Assembly (NCBI RefSeq): GCF_027921745.1
Contig: NC_079238.1
Span: 1,860,001 to 1,924,000, forward strand
Direction of reading: 5' to 3'
DNA from: Schizosaccharomyces osmophilus
Taxonomy: Eukaryota
DNA length: 64,000 nt
Shown here piece by piece: positions 13,330-25,857 of this stretch; position 1 is the first letter of the stretch, and each line of letters starts with the position of its first letter. The notes beneath the pieces were generated by a model, which was not told the origin of the DNA, searched no databases, and saw nothing but the letters and a program-made list of their open reading frames with translations. Made by a program: the position numbers and the translations under genes.

Positions 13330-14420
13330 TGACTTCTTTCGTGTGCAAATATCATATATCATATACGATACTAGATCGAAGAGAAAATCTCTGTTGAAGG
13401 ATTGCAATTATTCAGTCATATTCAATATTGATGGTATCTAAGAAATTATATCAGGCTCTGTCTCTGTCTCTGTCTCTATCTATGTTTCTTGCCGTCTTTT
13501 TACCGAATACATTGATACAATATTTCATTCTAAAGCGCTGCAAATAAGCGTATTTAAATTTAATGAACCATTCTCGAAAGGTAAAATCATCTGTGACCAA
13601 ATGCTGACCAATTTCAAGGTACCATGTATATCAATTTAAATACTATTGATGATACTTGGGCTCCTGCAAATCTACTTGTTTGGTTGATTTTCGATCATTT
13701 GCTCGCCGTTTTTTCGGCAATAGCTTTGACTTTGGCATTGAGTTTAACTGAGTGAGGTCAAGGACAAAAAAAAAAAAAAGAAACGCATTAGTCATCAAAT
13801 CATACAGCCAAGAATCTATTATATATATAAAATTGGCTCAAATGATAGCCCTTCAACGGGACTCTTTTTGACATGAGAATTAAAGACATCCCTCGTTTCG
13901 GTCTTAGGGCAAAGTAGTAGAATAACATATTCTCCATCCGTTTATCGTAACTGAATTCATCTTTTCTAATATTTTCGCTATTTGGTGGTAAATAGCGTTC
14001 AATTGGGAAGAATGGCTCAACATTCTGATTCACTTTTAAGAACTTAAAAGGCATCTACGTGATTTCGCTTGTTGAATTTTATTCACAACCACTGTCTTTG
14101 TATATAATTTATATACGCTCTAAAGAACTGAAAGATCTTATAGTGGATTCGTACTAATGTATATGAAAAAATTATAGATAATACGTGAATGACTCGACTT
14201 GGCTTGCGGGTTGATTCAATTCAAGTAATGAATATGTATACTGAGTGTACTGTTTGTCAAGCCGGCAACTGAAAGAAGAAAGAACTTACGTTATCCTTCA
14301 GCATTTCCTTATATGATTAGATCGTTTAGACCGTTTTTTATGTATGATCGTTTGTTGAGTTGACAAGATTTCACAAGGATTTGTTTGAAGCAAGCAAGGT
14401 ATATAATCACTCATTGCTGA
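13330..14420 (-). mobile_element. Fossil gypsy protease-RT fragment
   Basis: IPCLLQT (~14383-14403; cf. Tf2 IPCLIDTG); VNQNVEP...RYLPP..E..KDE; RFAGAQVSSI (~13645-13673); SAF...YLSRM; YAYLQRF. Confidence 0.55.
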
Positions 14421-14955
14421 CTTCTTAGACTGAATAAATAATTCATTAAAAGGGAATACAATGGAAAGATAACTATTCTGTACGTGGCTAGCTACGTTGA
14501 AACGATTTATATATAATGATAAAGCCATTTGCCGCCCTAATGATGATGACGATGTCAATAAAGATTTGATACTTCTGGAATATAAGAAAAAAAAAAGAAA
14601 TACAACGTTAAAAGAATGGTTATTTAATAAAGACTAATACGAACCCGATAAACTAACAAATATTCATAGTGTTGAAATAAATCAGAATGAAAAGGAACAG
14701 GGAAAGGGAAAGGAAACAATTGTGGTAAGCGAGAGTGATCATTAAGAGTTCAAATAAGCATTCGTATAGTATGCAGTTGTGAAGGACTGACTGAATGCAA
14801 TGATTATGAAGAGGTGGTTTCGCTGCGAGGTATAAGTGTGGCTTGGCCTAGGTATAGGTAAGGTGTACATGCAAACGAAAGTAATAAAAAAAGTAGATTT
14901 AGTATCTGACTATAAGTAAGTTGTTAAACGCATTATCTGCTGGTTCAACAAGCAA

Positions 14956-15027
14956 TCCGTTGTGGTCCAACGGCTAGGATTCGTCGCTTTCACCGACGCG
15001 GCCGGGGTTCGACTCCCCGCAACGGAA
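14956..15027 (+). tRNA. tRNA-Glu(TTC)
   Basis: 72-nt cloverleaf TCCGTTG...CAACGGA, anticodon TTC. Confidence 0.97.
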
Positions 15028-15455
15028 AACTTTTTCTTTTCGTTTCATTTCTATTTTAATTTTTTACTCCCTTTTCTTTAAAGGGCCATTGGCGTTCGAT
15101 TAAACATACAATTGAAAAATTAATTATATGATCTCCTATTTAGTTCATCTAATCTTGTCATCCTCTTCTATTTTCATTTGGCGGGGGGAATACATTCTAA
15201 GAAAACATACTCATACATTAAGTTGAACTGAGAAAATATTTTCATTCCAAAACACTCACTTACGTATTTCAAACCGGTAAAGTAGATGGTATTTTAAAAC
15301 CATAAGCCGGGCGATTGGAAAAGCGAATGGTTGAGAAAGGATCACTCGTTAAGAAATAATTATCAATGGACTAAACGATTTGCCTTAAGAGACAAGATAT
15401 GCCGACACAGCAAACTGTAGATCTGTATTTGAAATTACCAAATTATAGCGTAACG

Positions 15456-15837
15456 CGGCCATGGGCGTGAAGTTGATAGCACTCGATACAATACAATACA
15501 ATCAAGCCACCCACCTACCCACCTGTCAAGTCATTTCTATAGCTAATTGATTGTTTGCATGATAACGAATTGATAATCTTTGCAATATAAGGGCGATAAG
15601 GTGTACGCGTATTTGGAGAGTTAGAGACTTGACTCGACGTTGTGACAAATACTTCTTCTGTAGTCATGCAAGTGTATTGAAGATAAAATAATGGAAAGTG
15701 CAATATGAAACTACACAAATAGAATTCCAATTCAGGGCTTTAAAAGTTGTAACGGATAGAGACAACAATATTTTTACTTATAATCTATAATCACAATAAA
15801 GGTATATTTCTTTTCAATCTTCGCTGTGCTTGCTTAT
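15456..15837 (+). repeat. Dispersed ~0.4 kb repeat, direct copy of 27299-27720
   Basis: Near-identical from CGGCCATGGGCGTGAAG to GCTGTGCTTGCTTAT; the first ~115 bp also occur in each 5S unit. Confidence 0.95.
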
Positions 15838-17879
15838 CGTTTATAAAGCTGTAAAGGCATGCTCTTCTTGTTTGGATGTTCCATATTTCAGAATAGATGA
15901 GGAATAGGGAAATATCTCATTGAAATATGGGTAAAATCAATGTCAAATTAGTGAACGTATATATACACTCAATACAGAAGAATATTTTTGTCTTGTCCGT
16001 TCATCAATGCTTCGTTTATGGTGGGTTGAAGACATAAGAAACACAGCGAATCTATTCTCTCACGATTCAGCAACATGGATGTTGCTGTTTGTTTTGTGAT
16101 TGCGGAATAAATTTGGTTTCGAAGGAGATTGATTTCAATGTCCATCCACGAATAGTAACTATCAAACTCATCTTGTAAAAAACTGATGTCTTGATTTGTA
16201 TGCATAGCAAGTAGTAATAGTACTTACCCCATATGTACTCCAAGAAGTGAAGAATGGATTGAGAAACCGATGGTGAAACCCAGATCGTCTATTATATGTA
16301 CATTGGGCATAGCGGTTGTTGAAGCCCATGAACAGAAAGCGATATATGATAAGTTTTTATTAATGACAGCTACAATGATTTGAGATAAAAAATAACATAG
16401 TATCTGATTTCGACACAGATGATAAGATATGATAGGTGATTTTCTTCTTTTAAAAATGAATAATAGAAGATCAAGCATTCATCACAGAATATGGCATTCT
16501 GTTGAAGAATAAATATACTTTTGACAAATCAAGCTTCGTCTATTGAACTAACCGATTGCTAATAAACAACAGTCAAACGTAATACTGTAATATTATATGA
16601 TATGCATTCATGACTGACTGACTTGGGTTACCACCGTAATTCACATATCAAAATCCTCACGGCTTAAGTTGAGAAAGAACCTCTCCGTGCTATCAAAACT
16701 TTTAATATTTCAAAGCAAAAACTTTCTATTTTATTATTTTCTTTATTTGTAGGATTGAATGTAAAGAAACATGCAAAGGTGGGTGTTTTATATCAAAGCT
16801 TTCGAGAGACCTTACGTAATTGAATGTCGTTAAAGCTAAGAGAGGGAAAAGCTTATATTTTTTCGATACGGTAGTAGTATAGCGAGTTAGGAACTTTTCT
16901 TTATATCGACAACTGTAATATGGGGAAGCACCAACTACGAACTACGTAAAATAGCGACAATTTTTTTAGAACGACACGAGATGAATACTGTCAATAACAA
17001 TAAGAACAACAATGACATCAAAAAGCCCGTATTTCCTCCTCGTAATCGCAGCCATAGCATTAGGCTGCCAATAACCTCTTGAACCAAGAAATCTTTGTTG
17101 AGATTAAGTTATAAATAGATAGATAGGTAGACAGAACATAATGCATTAGGCTAAGCGACCTTAACAAACAAACAAAAGCCACGGAGACGAGCGTTCTTCT
17201 CACAACAGTACAGAATTACCTTATTTCGATTCACATAGGGAAGCGAAGAAGAAGGAAGCTAAATTATGGTATTGATGCTTTTTCCAATCTTCCTTTTAAC
17301 TCCCTGTGATTGACATCTTCCGTTCCCATTAATCGCCTTTGGTAGTGTGCTACAGCCATGAAAAGTTAATCGCTCCGGTGGCTTTGTGTCTAATGAATTA
17401 ATACTTCCCAAGCCCAAACACATTCAATGATGAAGTGATATATTGCATTGCATTGTATTCCAAATTAAGATTATTTCTACTATTTCGGTGCACTTGGGAT
17501 TTGTTTTGACATATTGAATTTATTGTAATATTCGTTCTCGTTAACATATAATATATTCCTTTTGTGAATATTTAAAAGAGAATACGGAAGATGGAACGCT
17601 GAACATTGAACATTGGAACCATAAGCAGACAGTAGATTCGTCAGTCTTATCCAGTGGTTCCGAATGTGAAACGTGGAATATTTCCTGTAATAAAGCAAGG
17701 CTTGGATTGACCTATTTCTTCTGGGTACATTGGAAATCATTAGAAGCATGAAAGGAAGGGACATCTCATCAAAGCCTTATTATAGCTCATACATCATGCA
17801 TTAAGTGAATTAGAATGAAAGCTTGCTAACATATAAATTTGGATATAGTAACCGCAATTATAGCCTGTATACACATGAT

Positions 17880-17950
17880 TCTTCCTTAGTATAGGGGTAG
17901 TACACCAGCCTGTCACGCTGGCAGCCCGGGTTCGAATCCCGGAGGGAGAG
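17880..17950 (+). tRNA. tRNA-Asp(GTC)
   Basis: 71-nt cloverleaf, anticodon GTC. Confidence 0.97.
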
Positions 17951-18321
17951 TGATTCTTTTTTTGTGTGGTTTTTTATTTTTTATTTTTTTTTCGTTTTTT
18001 CGTTTTTTCCTCATACTTGGGTTCTTCCTTGCATTTGAGAACGCCATTCGATTTTGCGTTTCTAATACTGTTTTGTACATGGCTTTCTTCATATTTGGCT
18101 GTTCACTCAGAGTCATATTCATTAAGTGCAAGTAGATGATGATGATGCATGCTATCAGGTGAAATGAGACAAAAAATTGCTAGTAAACTGACACTAAGCA
18201 AACTAAATGAAACCATCAACAATGAATAGGATAATAGCATAGATGTAGAAAAAAAAAATAAACATTCATCATCCATTGGATGGTTCTAAAAAAAAAGAAA
18301 AGTTGAAAAAAGTGAAGGCTA

Positions 18322-18404
18322 TGACCGTGCCAAGACTCGAACTTGGGACCGTCTGCGAACATTGAATGTTAAGCAGAAATTATAACCATCTAAACCACAC
18401 GGCC
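18322..18404 (-). tRNA. tRNA-Val(AAC), intron-containing
   Basis: GGCCGTG...CACGGTCA, anticodon AAC, 9-nt intron TTCAATGTT. Confidence 0.96.
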
Positions 18405-18779
18405 TTCGTTGATGGCTTTCATTGTTTGCTATACTAATTTATCCATTTTGGTAGACAAAACAAACATTACTAATACTATTTTTGTTACTATTTAAGTAGT
18501 TATGAAAAACACAGAAAGAGAAAACTGATGATGGTTTTGAATCAAGCTTAAAGTTGCTGTAAGAATCATTCAGAATCTGGTTCTGTTGAAAGATGTATGT
18601 CTGTCATTAAATCTCATTTAGCACCCTTTCGAGTATAAAAAGTTCCAAAATTGAAATAATACATCAAAGAATACTGATATAAAAAAAATAGAAAACGGTT
18701 GTTGGCAAGAATTGGCCTCAATATCTGGTTTCACAGAATAACCAACAGCTCACGATTGAATCATATGTTTGCAAAGTTG

Positions 18780-20780
18780 CGCTATCTGAAATATGTACTA
18801 TGACCGTAGGAAACTATTTAAAAGATGTCAATGGGACTAAAAGTTATAGATAGCGCCCAACATAAAGTTATTTGCCATAATCCCAATACGTACGTAACTG
18901 TTCTCAAGTAGTTCAGACATTACAACGAATTCTAATAATGCGAGTTTTGTCACCTAAGTTTTTTCTTCTATATTTTAATTCCGAGCCAAGTTTTAACAAA
19001 CTATTATTTCGGATGGCAATAATTGAAAATATCATGGAGCTGAAATGTCAGATGAGGCCTATATTCAGGAACTTAAAATTATTACCAGTTGTGATTAGGA
19101 AAGATATATAATGATATCGATAGAAAATAAGAAAAAGATGTTCACAACTGTGTAATGAAAAAAGTGTCAGTTTTGTTAATGACTCGGTTTTCTATTTCAA
19201 ATGCGAGTAGTAGTTATTGAAAGGACGATGACTCTGAAACTGGAGTTAGAGAATGGCCGAGCTACTTTTGAGCGAGGTGCTAGCTCTACTCAAAAATGTT
19301 AGATTCATACATGACGTCAAAAATGGCGGAAGGCTTTAATACATTCATTGAAAACTGTTTTTTCGACAGCCTTAACATTTCCACCGGTACAAAAGTAAAT
19401 TATTTGAAAATTTTTGGGCAAGGCTTGTAAATTGAGAAGTTGAAAATCAGTCTATTTGAACTACTCGGAAGATACATTCAGAAGAAGACAAGCATTCGTC
19501 TAAATAATATCGGAAGCATGAGATATTCTTCTAAATAACAGGTTTAGCTTCGATATTGATTTTCAACCCGAGAATTACTACCGGCTTTATGGTGCGAAGA
19601 ATTCATAATGACGGAAGCTTTTATATGATCAAATAAAGGCAGATTTTGTGATAGGTTTATAGCGTTGGAAAATTACATAGTTTTAAGAGTAAAGATTGCA
19701 TAATCAGTAATGATAGAATTTTTCCAGGCAGTTTCAAAAATCTAAATGGTAAAAACCAATTCTGACCGACGCAGCTAATGTTTGACATCTCAAGACGTAT
19801 TACCCCTCAATGTTTCTTTCTCTTTTAAACAATGAGAATAACAAAATAACGACAAAAATTTGGTGCTACTACTTTCATGGAAGGAATAATTTTAAGATAA
19901 TGATCACCAAAGGAGAATGTAAACCTTATAAAGCTTAAGCTATAGATGTTCAAGTAGAAACAATTTGGCGCATTTATTGGTTGTATGGGAAGATATTATG
20001 AACGATTGATAGGAGAAAGAAGAATGAGTAAATAAACGTCTTTAACAAGTTTACATTAAATCAGTTTAAAACGGATTTGTTGATTAACTAAGCGTTATGC
20101 TACAATTTAAAAAAAGGTAAAACGGTTAAAAGATAGAAAGTAGGTTTCCCAGTCTTTAAAGTCGAATCTTCACACATGCTCTCTGGTATGTGACTAGCTA
20201 TTTTTCTTTGGCAGATTATGAACACAGTCGACAGATGAAAAGCCGCATTCCTCGAGAAGCAGCCAGAAATCCTCTTCGACAATGTTAAGGAGAAAATGTA
20301 AGTTTACCTGACGTATTGCTAAGTCTCTTTTACCAAAACTTATAAATATTGTGTTTTCATTCAAAAGCTAAATAAATGAATAAACTAGCAACTAAGAATT
20401 GTATCAGTTTTTTTAAATTAGCCTATGAAGTGAGTAATCCCTACTTCACTAGATGTGCTGTTGCATCTTGGTATACAAAGCGGGAAGTGATTAAAAGAAA
20501 ATGGATTCACTGTCTGCAAATAAACAAATTGCTATCTTGAAAAGGAATGCGCAAGAAGAATCAAAGATTTGTATTTATAAGTGTTTCAATAGGCACTAGG
20601 AAAAACAGAATTGTGGACACCAAAACTGCACGACAAGGTTTTCAAGTTCATAATTGACAATTGATAATAAATGATGACATTACATATTCAAAACGATTCA
20701 ATAGATTGTAACTGTCACTAAGTCTTAAGTTACAACATTGGTACTATTATTAGACGAACATATTCCATCTACTAGTCATG
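18780..20780 (+). mobile_element. Fossil Ty3/gypsy pol (RT-RNaseH-integrase)
   Basis: One frame gives AYIQELKI (19057), KKCQF (19159), NYYRLY...KLLYDQIKADFVIG (19573), KPILTDAANV (19753), WCYYFHGRNNFKI (19861); later LHLGI and *KGMRK (20538). Confidence 0.7.
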
Positions 20781-21746
20781 GAAGTTTTTTTTGTTATTAA
20801 CTCCTGAGGAAAATGAGTAATTGGCATCATCATAGAGAAAGCTCGAACGTGTCACCATCAACTAGGCTTCCTCAACAATGACTCTTTACATCGGTTGTTT
20901 TGGCGTTCTAGCCCTAAGAAAAAGGCGCGATATAAGAATTTTTAGATGTATCATATGTTAGAGGCGAGATAATATTATAGACTACACTTCAACTTTGACA
21001 GAAAAGTGTAACATAGATAATATGATAATATAACAACAAAATCAATATTGACCAGTACAAAACGTGTTTCTGTCGTCATCATTTGTTAATTGGTTGCTTC
21101 GCATTAAGTTGAATATTTTTTTTCAGAAAACGTTGTTATATGTTCAAGGGAGACACAGTATCGTCTATATTTCGAAGTAGAGTATTTCAACTTTATAATC
21201 CTTGACACGTAATTACAGGGGATATGTCGCTAAAAGAGTTAGAAATTTAGAAATGATAAAATCGTCTCATATCAGTAATACTATTTGGTATACTTTTATA
21301 TACTGCAAGGAACAGTTTAAGGCATTGTTGACGTACATGAAGTTTGCTTGATGACTTTCACATATCAATATATACGAAGCATAGAAGTTTTTAGAAAGTA
21401 TTTCGTGATAATGTCATTTTCGATAGCTCAAGATGAGTAATATAATATTTTTCGGGATGATCTGAAATCTTGCAAACTTCGTAATGAATAACGTCAACTC
21501 CAATCAAAAAAGTACATGAATCTTTAATAAGGTTTTTATAGAAAGTATAACGTTTTAACCTGTTGGCAAATGTTCCACCACTTCGATAATTGAAAATTTT
21601 AATAGAGTTCAAAAGAGGCAGTAACGCTATCCATGGGAAGTTCCACTGTGGGTGGTCTCGGGATGGAATGAGTCACATTTCGTTTTATAAGTAAGTTAAA
21701 AAAAAAAAAGAAAATAAATAGAAAGAAATAGACAAAAAAATGAGGG

Positions 21747-21865
21747 AGCCTACAGCACCCCGGATTCCCATGTTGTCTCCAACCATAGTACTAACGAGGC
21801 CCTCAGACGCTTAACTGCAGTGATCGGACGGGAACTGGTGTTTTCGCCTAGGTATGGCCGTAGAC
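21747..21865 (-). rRNA. 5S rRNA
   Basis: 119 nt, GTCTACGGCCATACC...GTAGGCT, matches fission-yeast 5S. Confidence 0.99.
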
Positions 21866-23754
21866 AACTCTCTATCTTTTTTAAGCTATCTATACTATTC
21901 ATAAGTTACTTTAATAGTATACGGGGTTTGTGTTACACATACGTTTGTCATTGAATTGAATCCAAACAAAGTAATACGAAATGGCGTTCATCTTCCTTCA
22001 TCATAAGAATGATGAAATTTTTTTTTTTTTTTTTTAAAAAAAAATAATGAAAATTAATGATTGAAACCACTGCACGCTACGCTGAACACTGAATCGGGTA
22101 ACGTTTGTTTCTTTATTTATTGACTACAAAAGCATAAACATTATGTATAATTTTTAAGGTAAAGTTTTTGTTGCTACCTCTACCTCTACCTCTACCTCTA
22201 CCTCTACCTCTACCTCTACCGAAACAAATAACTCACTTGAGCATCCACATACTTGGCTGGCTGTTTATATAACTCATATCCTCCTCCTACGTTTTTACAA
22301 TGTTTATCACATAATTCTAGCTCGTCGTCCATCTTGCACTCAATAAGCTTAATGTCCCTTCTCGTAAGAATGGTATCATGAGACAAAATCACTAAAAGAA
22401 ATCTTTTCCAAATGCTACTTTACAATGAAATCCTTCCATTGCAACATGAATTGAAAACAGAAACTCGAAAACCTGTAATATGAGGCTGATCTGTAACTTT
22501 TGGCTCGCAAAAATGAACGCCGGAAAGACATAATACATATCAGCATGATTTCCCATCAAATGATGGTTATTTTGGGGTAAAGACGAGTTTTGTGTGTCAA
22601 TCGCCTTTTTGGTTTTAAGGTAGCTAGCTCACTAGATTGTACATATCTTCTCTAACTACCAGCAAATGTAGTGTTCAAATCTATACAAAAGCTGCACGTA
22701 TTATCAGTAGCTAACTTCAAATTCGTTTCAAAAAGTACTCACATTCATGGAATAAATTATATTTACTTGCAAGTGGCTTTTTGTAACTACACCTTTCCAA
22801 ATGGTAACCTCCAAAAACACATATACTCATATTTTCTTTGTCTCCGACATCAGTTGCAGCAAGTCATATTCTCTATATGTACCATGCTGTGCCGGTTCAC
22901 TTTCCAATCAATCTTCCCAACTAATAATACTTGCATTACAAACTAATAACATTTGGGGAGGAGGAGGCAGAATCAATTCCTTAAACTTTGTTATGTCATA
23001 CGTTAAAAACATGAAAGAAAAGAAAAGAAAATAAACAAATAAATAATAGTAGTAGAAAATTTAGCTTAGCTTCTACTAATGAATCGTCGATATTCATTTT
23101 GTTGACTGTTTCGGATCAAATGTAGACATATAAAATAAATCAATCAAATGGCGTTTACTATTATTGCCTTGAAGCGTATACGCTATAAGTGATGCTTAGT
23201 AGTAAATTCATCTTTTTAAAAACGTAACTAACCTCGGTTATTTTGCACTTATTGTGGGACCTGTTCGTTTGTTTTTTACCGAAATATAGTTAGAAGTTCG
23301 ATTTAATCGTTCGTAGCACGGCCATGGGCGTGAAGTTGATAGCACTCGATACTTTGATACGATACGATACGATACGATACGATACGATACAATACAATAC
23401 AATCAAGCCCACCCACCTACCCACCTGTCAAGTCATTTCTATAGCTAATTGATTGTTTGCATGATAACGAATTTTAAGAACCTTATGTTTTCTTTTAAGC
23501 ATGTGGGCATGTGGGATTATGGAAGAAAAGACAGTACAGTGTATATAGTGTATATAGTGTATATAGTGTATAAGAGATGGAAAGTTATGGAATTTTAGTT
23601 ATGATGGAGAGAAAGGGGGAAGCCGTTCAAGCTTTCCATTCTTCTTTTGCGCAAAAAAAAAAAAAATTTAAACTTACCTCCGTATTTTTCCCCTCTCCTC
23701 CCCTCTTCTGACTCTCCTCACGTGAAAATAAAATAAAAAAAAAAAGTGAGAGGG

Positions 23755-23873
23755 AGCCTACAGCACCCCGGATTCCCATGTTGTCTCCAACCATAGTACT
23801 AACGAGGCCCTCAGACGCTTAACTGCAGTGATCGGACGGGAACTGGTGTTTTCGCCTAGGTATGGCCGTAGAC
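23755..23873 (-). rRNA. 5S rRNA
   Basis: Identical to first copy. Confidence 0.99.
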
Positions 23874-25738
23874 AACTCTCTATCTTTTTTAAGCTATCTA
23901 TACTATTCATAAGTTACTTTAATAGTATACGGGGTTTGTGTTACACATACGTTTGTCATTGAATTGAATCCAAACAAAGTAATACGAAATGGCGTTCATC
24001 TTCCTTCATCATAAGAATGATGAAATTTTTTTTTTTTTTTTTTAAAAAAAAATAATGAAAATTAATGATTGAAACCACTGCACGCTACGCTGAACACTGA
24101 ATCGGGTAACGTTTGTTTCTTTATTTATTGACTACAAAAGCATAAACATTATGTATAATTTTTAAGGTAAAGTTTTTGTTGCTACCTCTACCTCTACCTC
24201 TACCGAAACAAATAACTCACTTGAGCATCCACATACTTGGCTGGCTGTTTATATAACTCATATCCTCCTCCTACGTTTTTACAATGTTTATCACATAATT
24301 CTAGCTCGTCGTCCATCTTGCACTCAATAAGCTTAATGTCCCTTCTCGTAAGAATGGTATCATGAGACAAAATCACTAAAAGAAATCTTTTCCAAATGCT
24401 ACTTTACAATGAAATCCTTCCATTGCAACATGAATTGAAAACAGAAACTCGAAAACCTGTAATATGAGGCTGATCTGTAACTTTTGGCTCGCAAAAATGA
24501 ACGCCGGAAAGACATAATACATATCAGCATGATTTCCCATCAAATGATGGTTATTTTGGGGTAAAGACGAGTTTTGTGTGTCAATCGCCTTTTTGGTTTT
24601 AAGGTAGCTAGCTCACTAGATTGTACATATCTTCTCTAACTACCAGCAAATGTAGTGTTCAAATCTATACAAAAGCTGCACGTATTATCAGTAGCTAACT
24701 TCAAATTCGTTTCAAAAAGTACTCACATTCATGGAATAAATTATATTTACTTGCAAGTGGCTTTTTGTAACTACACCTTTCCAAATGGTAACCTCCAAAA
24801 ACACATATACTCATATTTTCTTTGTCTCCGACATCAGTTGCAGCAAGTCATATTCTCTATATGTACCATGCTGTGCCGGTTCACTTTCCAATCAATCTTC
24901 CCAACTAATAATACTTGCATTACAAACTAATAACATTTGGGGAGGAGGAGGCAGAATCAATTCCTTAAACTTTGTTATGTCATACGTTAAAAACATGAAA
25001 GAAAAGAAAAGAAAATAAACAAATAAATAATAGTAGTAGAAAATTTAGCTTAGCTTCTACTAATGAATCGTCGATATTCATTTTGTTGACTGTTTCGGAT
25101 CAAATGTAGACATATAAAATAAATCAATCAAATGGCGTTTACTATTATTGCCTTGAAGCGTATACGCTATAAGTGATGCTTAGTAGTAAATTCATCTTTT
25201 TAAAAACGTAACTAACCTCGGTTATTTTGCACTTATTGTGGGACCTGTTCGTTTGTTTTTTACCGAAATATAGTTAGAAGTTCGATTTAATCGTTCGTAG
25301 CACGGCCATGGGCGTGAAGTTGATAGCACTCGATACTTTGATACGATACGATACGATACGATACGATACGATACAATACAATACAATCAAGCCCACCCAC
25401 CTACCCACCTGTCAAGTCATTTCTATAGCTAATTGATTGTTTGCATGATAACGAATTTTAAGAACCTTATGTTTTCTTTTAAGCATGTGGGCATGTGGGA
25501 TTATGGAAGAAAAGACAGTACAGTGTATATAGTGTATATAGTGTATATAGTGTATAAGAGATGGAAAGTTATGGAATTTTAGTTATGATGGAGAGAAAGG
25601 GGGAAGCCGTTCAAGCTTTCCATTCTTCTTTTGCGCAAAAAAAAAAAAAATTTAAACTTACCTCCGTATTTTTCCCCTCTCCTCCCCTCTTCTGACTCTC
25701 CTCACGTGAAAATAAAATAAAAAAAAAAAGTGAGAGGG

Positions 25739-25857
25739 AGCCTACAGCACCCCGGATTCCCATGTTGTCTCCAACCATAGTACTAACGAGGCCCTCAGAC
25801 GCTTAACTGCAGTGATCGGACGGGAACTGGTGTTTTCGCCTAGGTATGGCCGTAGAC
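25739..25857 (-). rRNA. 5S rRNA
   Basis: Identical to first copy. Confidence 0.99.

Larger units (their letters stand above)
17880..18412 (+). repeat. Asp-Val tRNA cassette, copy 1 of 3
   Basis: ~370-bp spacer nearly identical to those in 34201-34716 (inverted) and 39282-39802. Confidence 0.95.

Noticed and set aside
20950..21660. Protease-like HSGTSH and FLIGVD on the minus strand
   Set aside because: Too few motifs to call separately; worth including in the profile search
22692..22742. Intron-like GTGAGT...CTGAT...CAG on the minus strand of the 5S unit
   Set aside because: Could not build a continuous spliced ORF around it
23317..23335. CACGGCCATGGGCG resembling the 5S 5' end
   Set aside because: Too short, no internal control region
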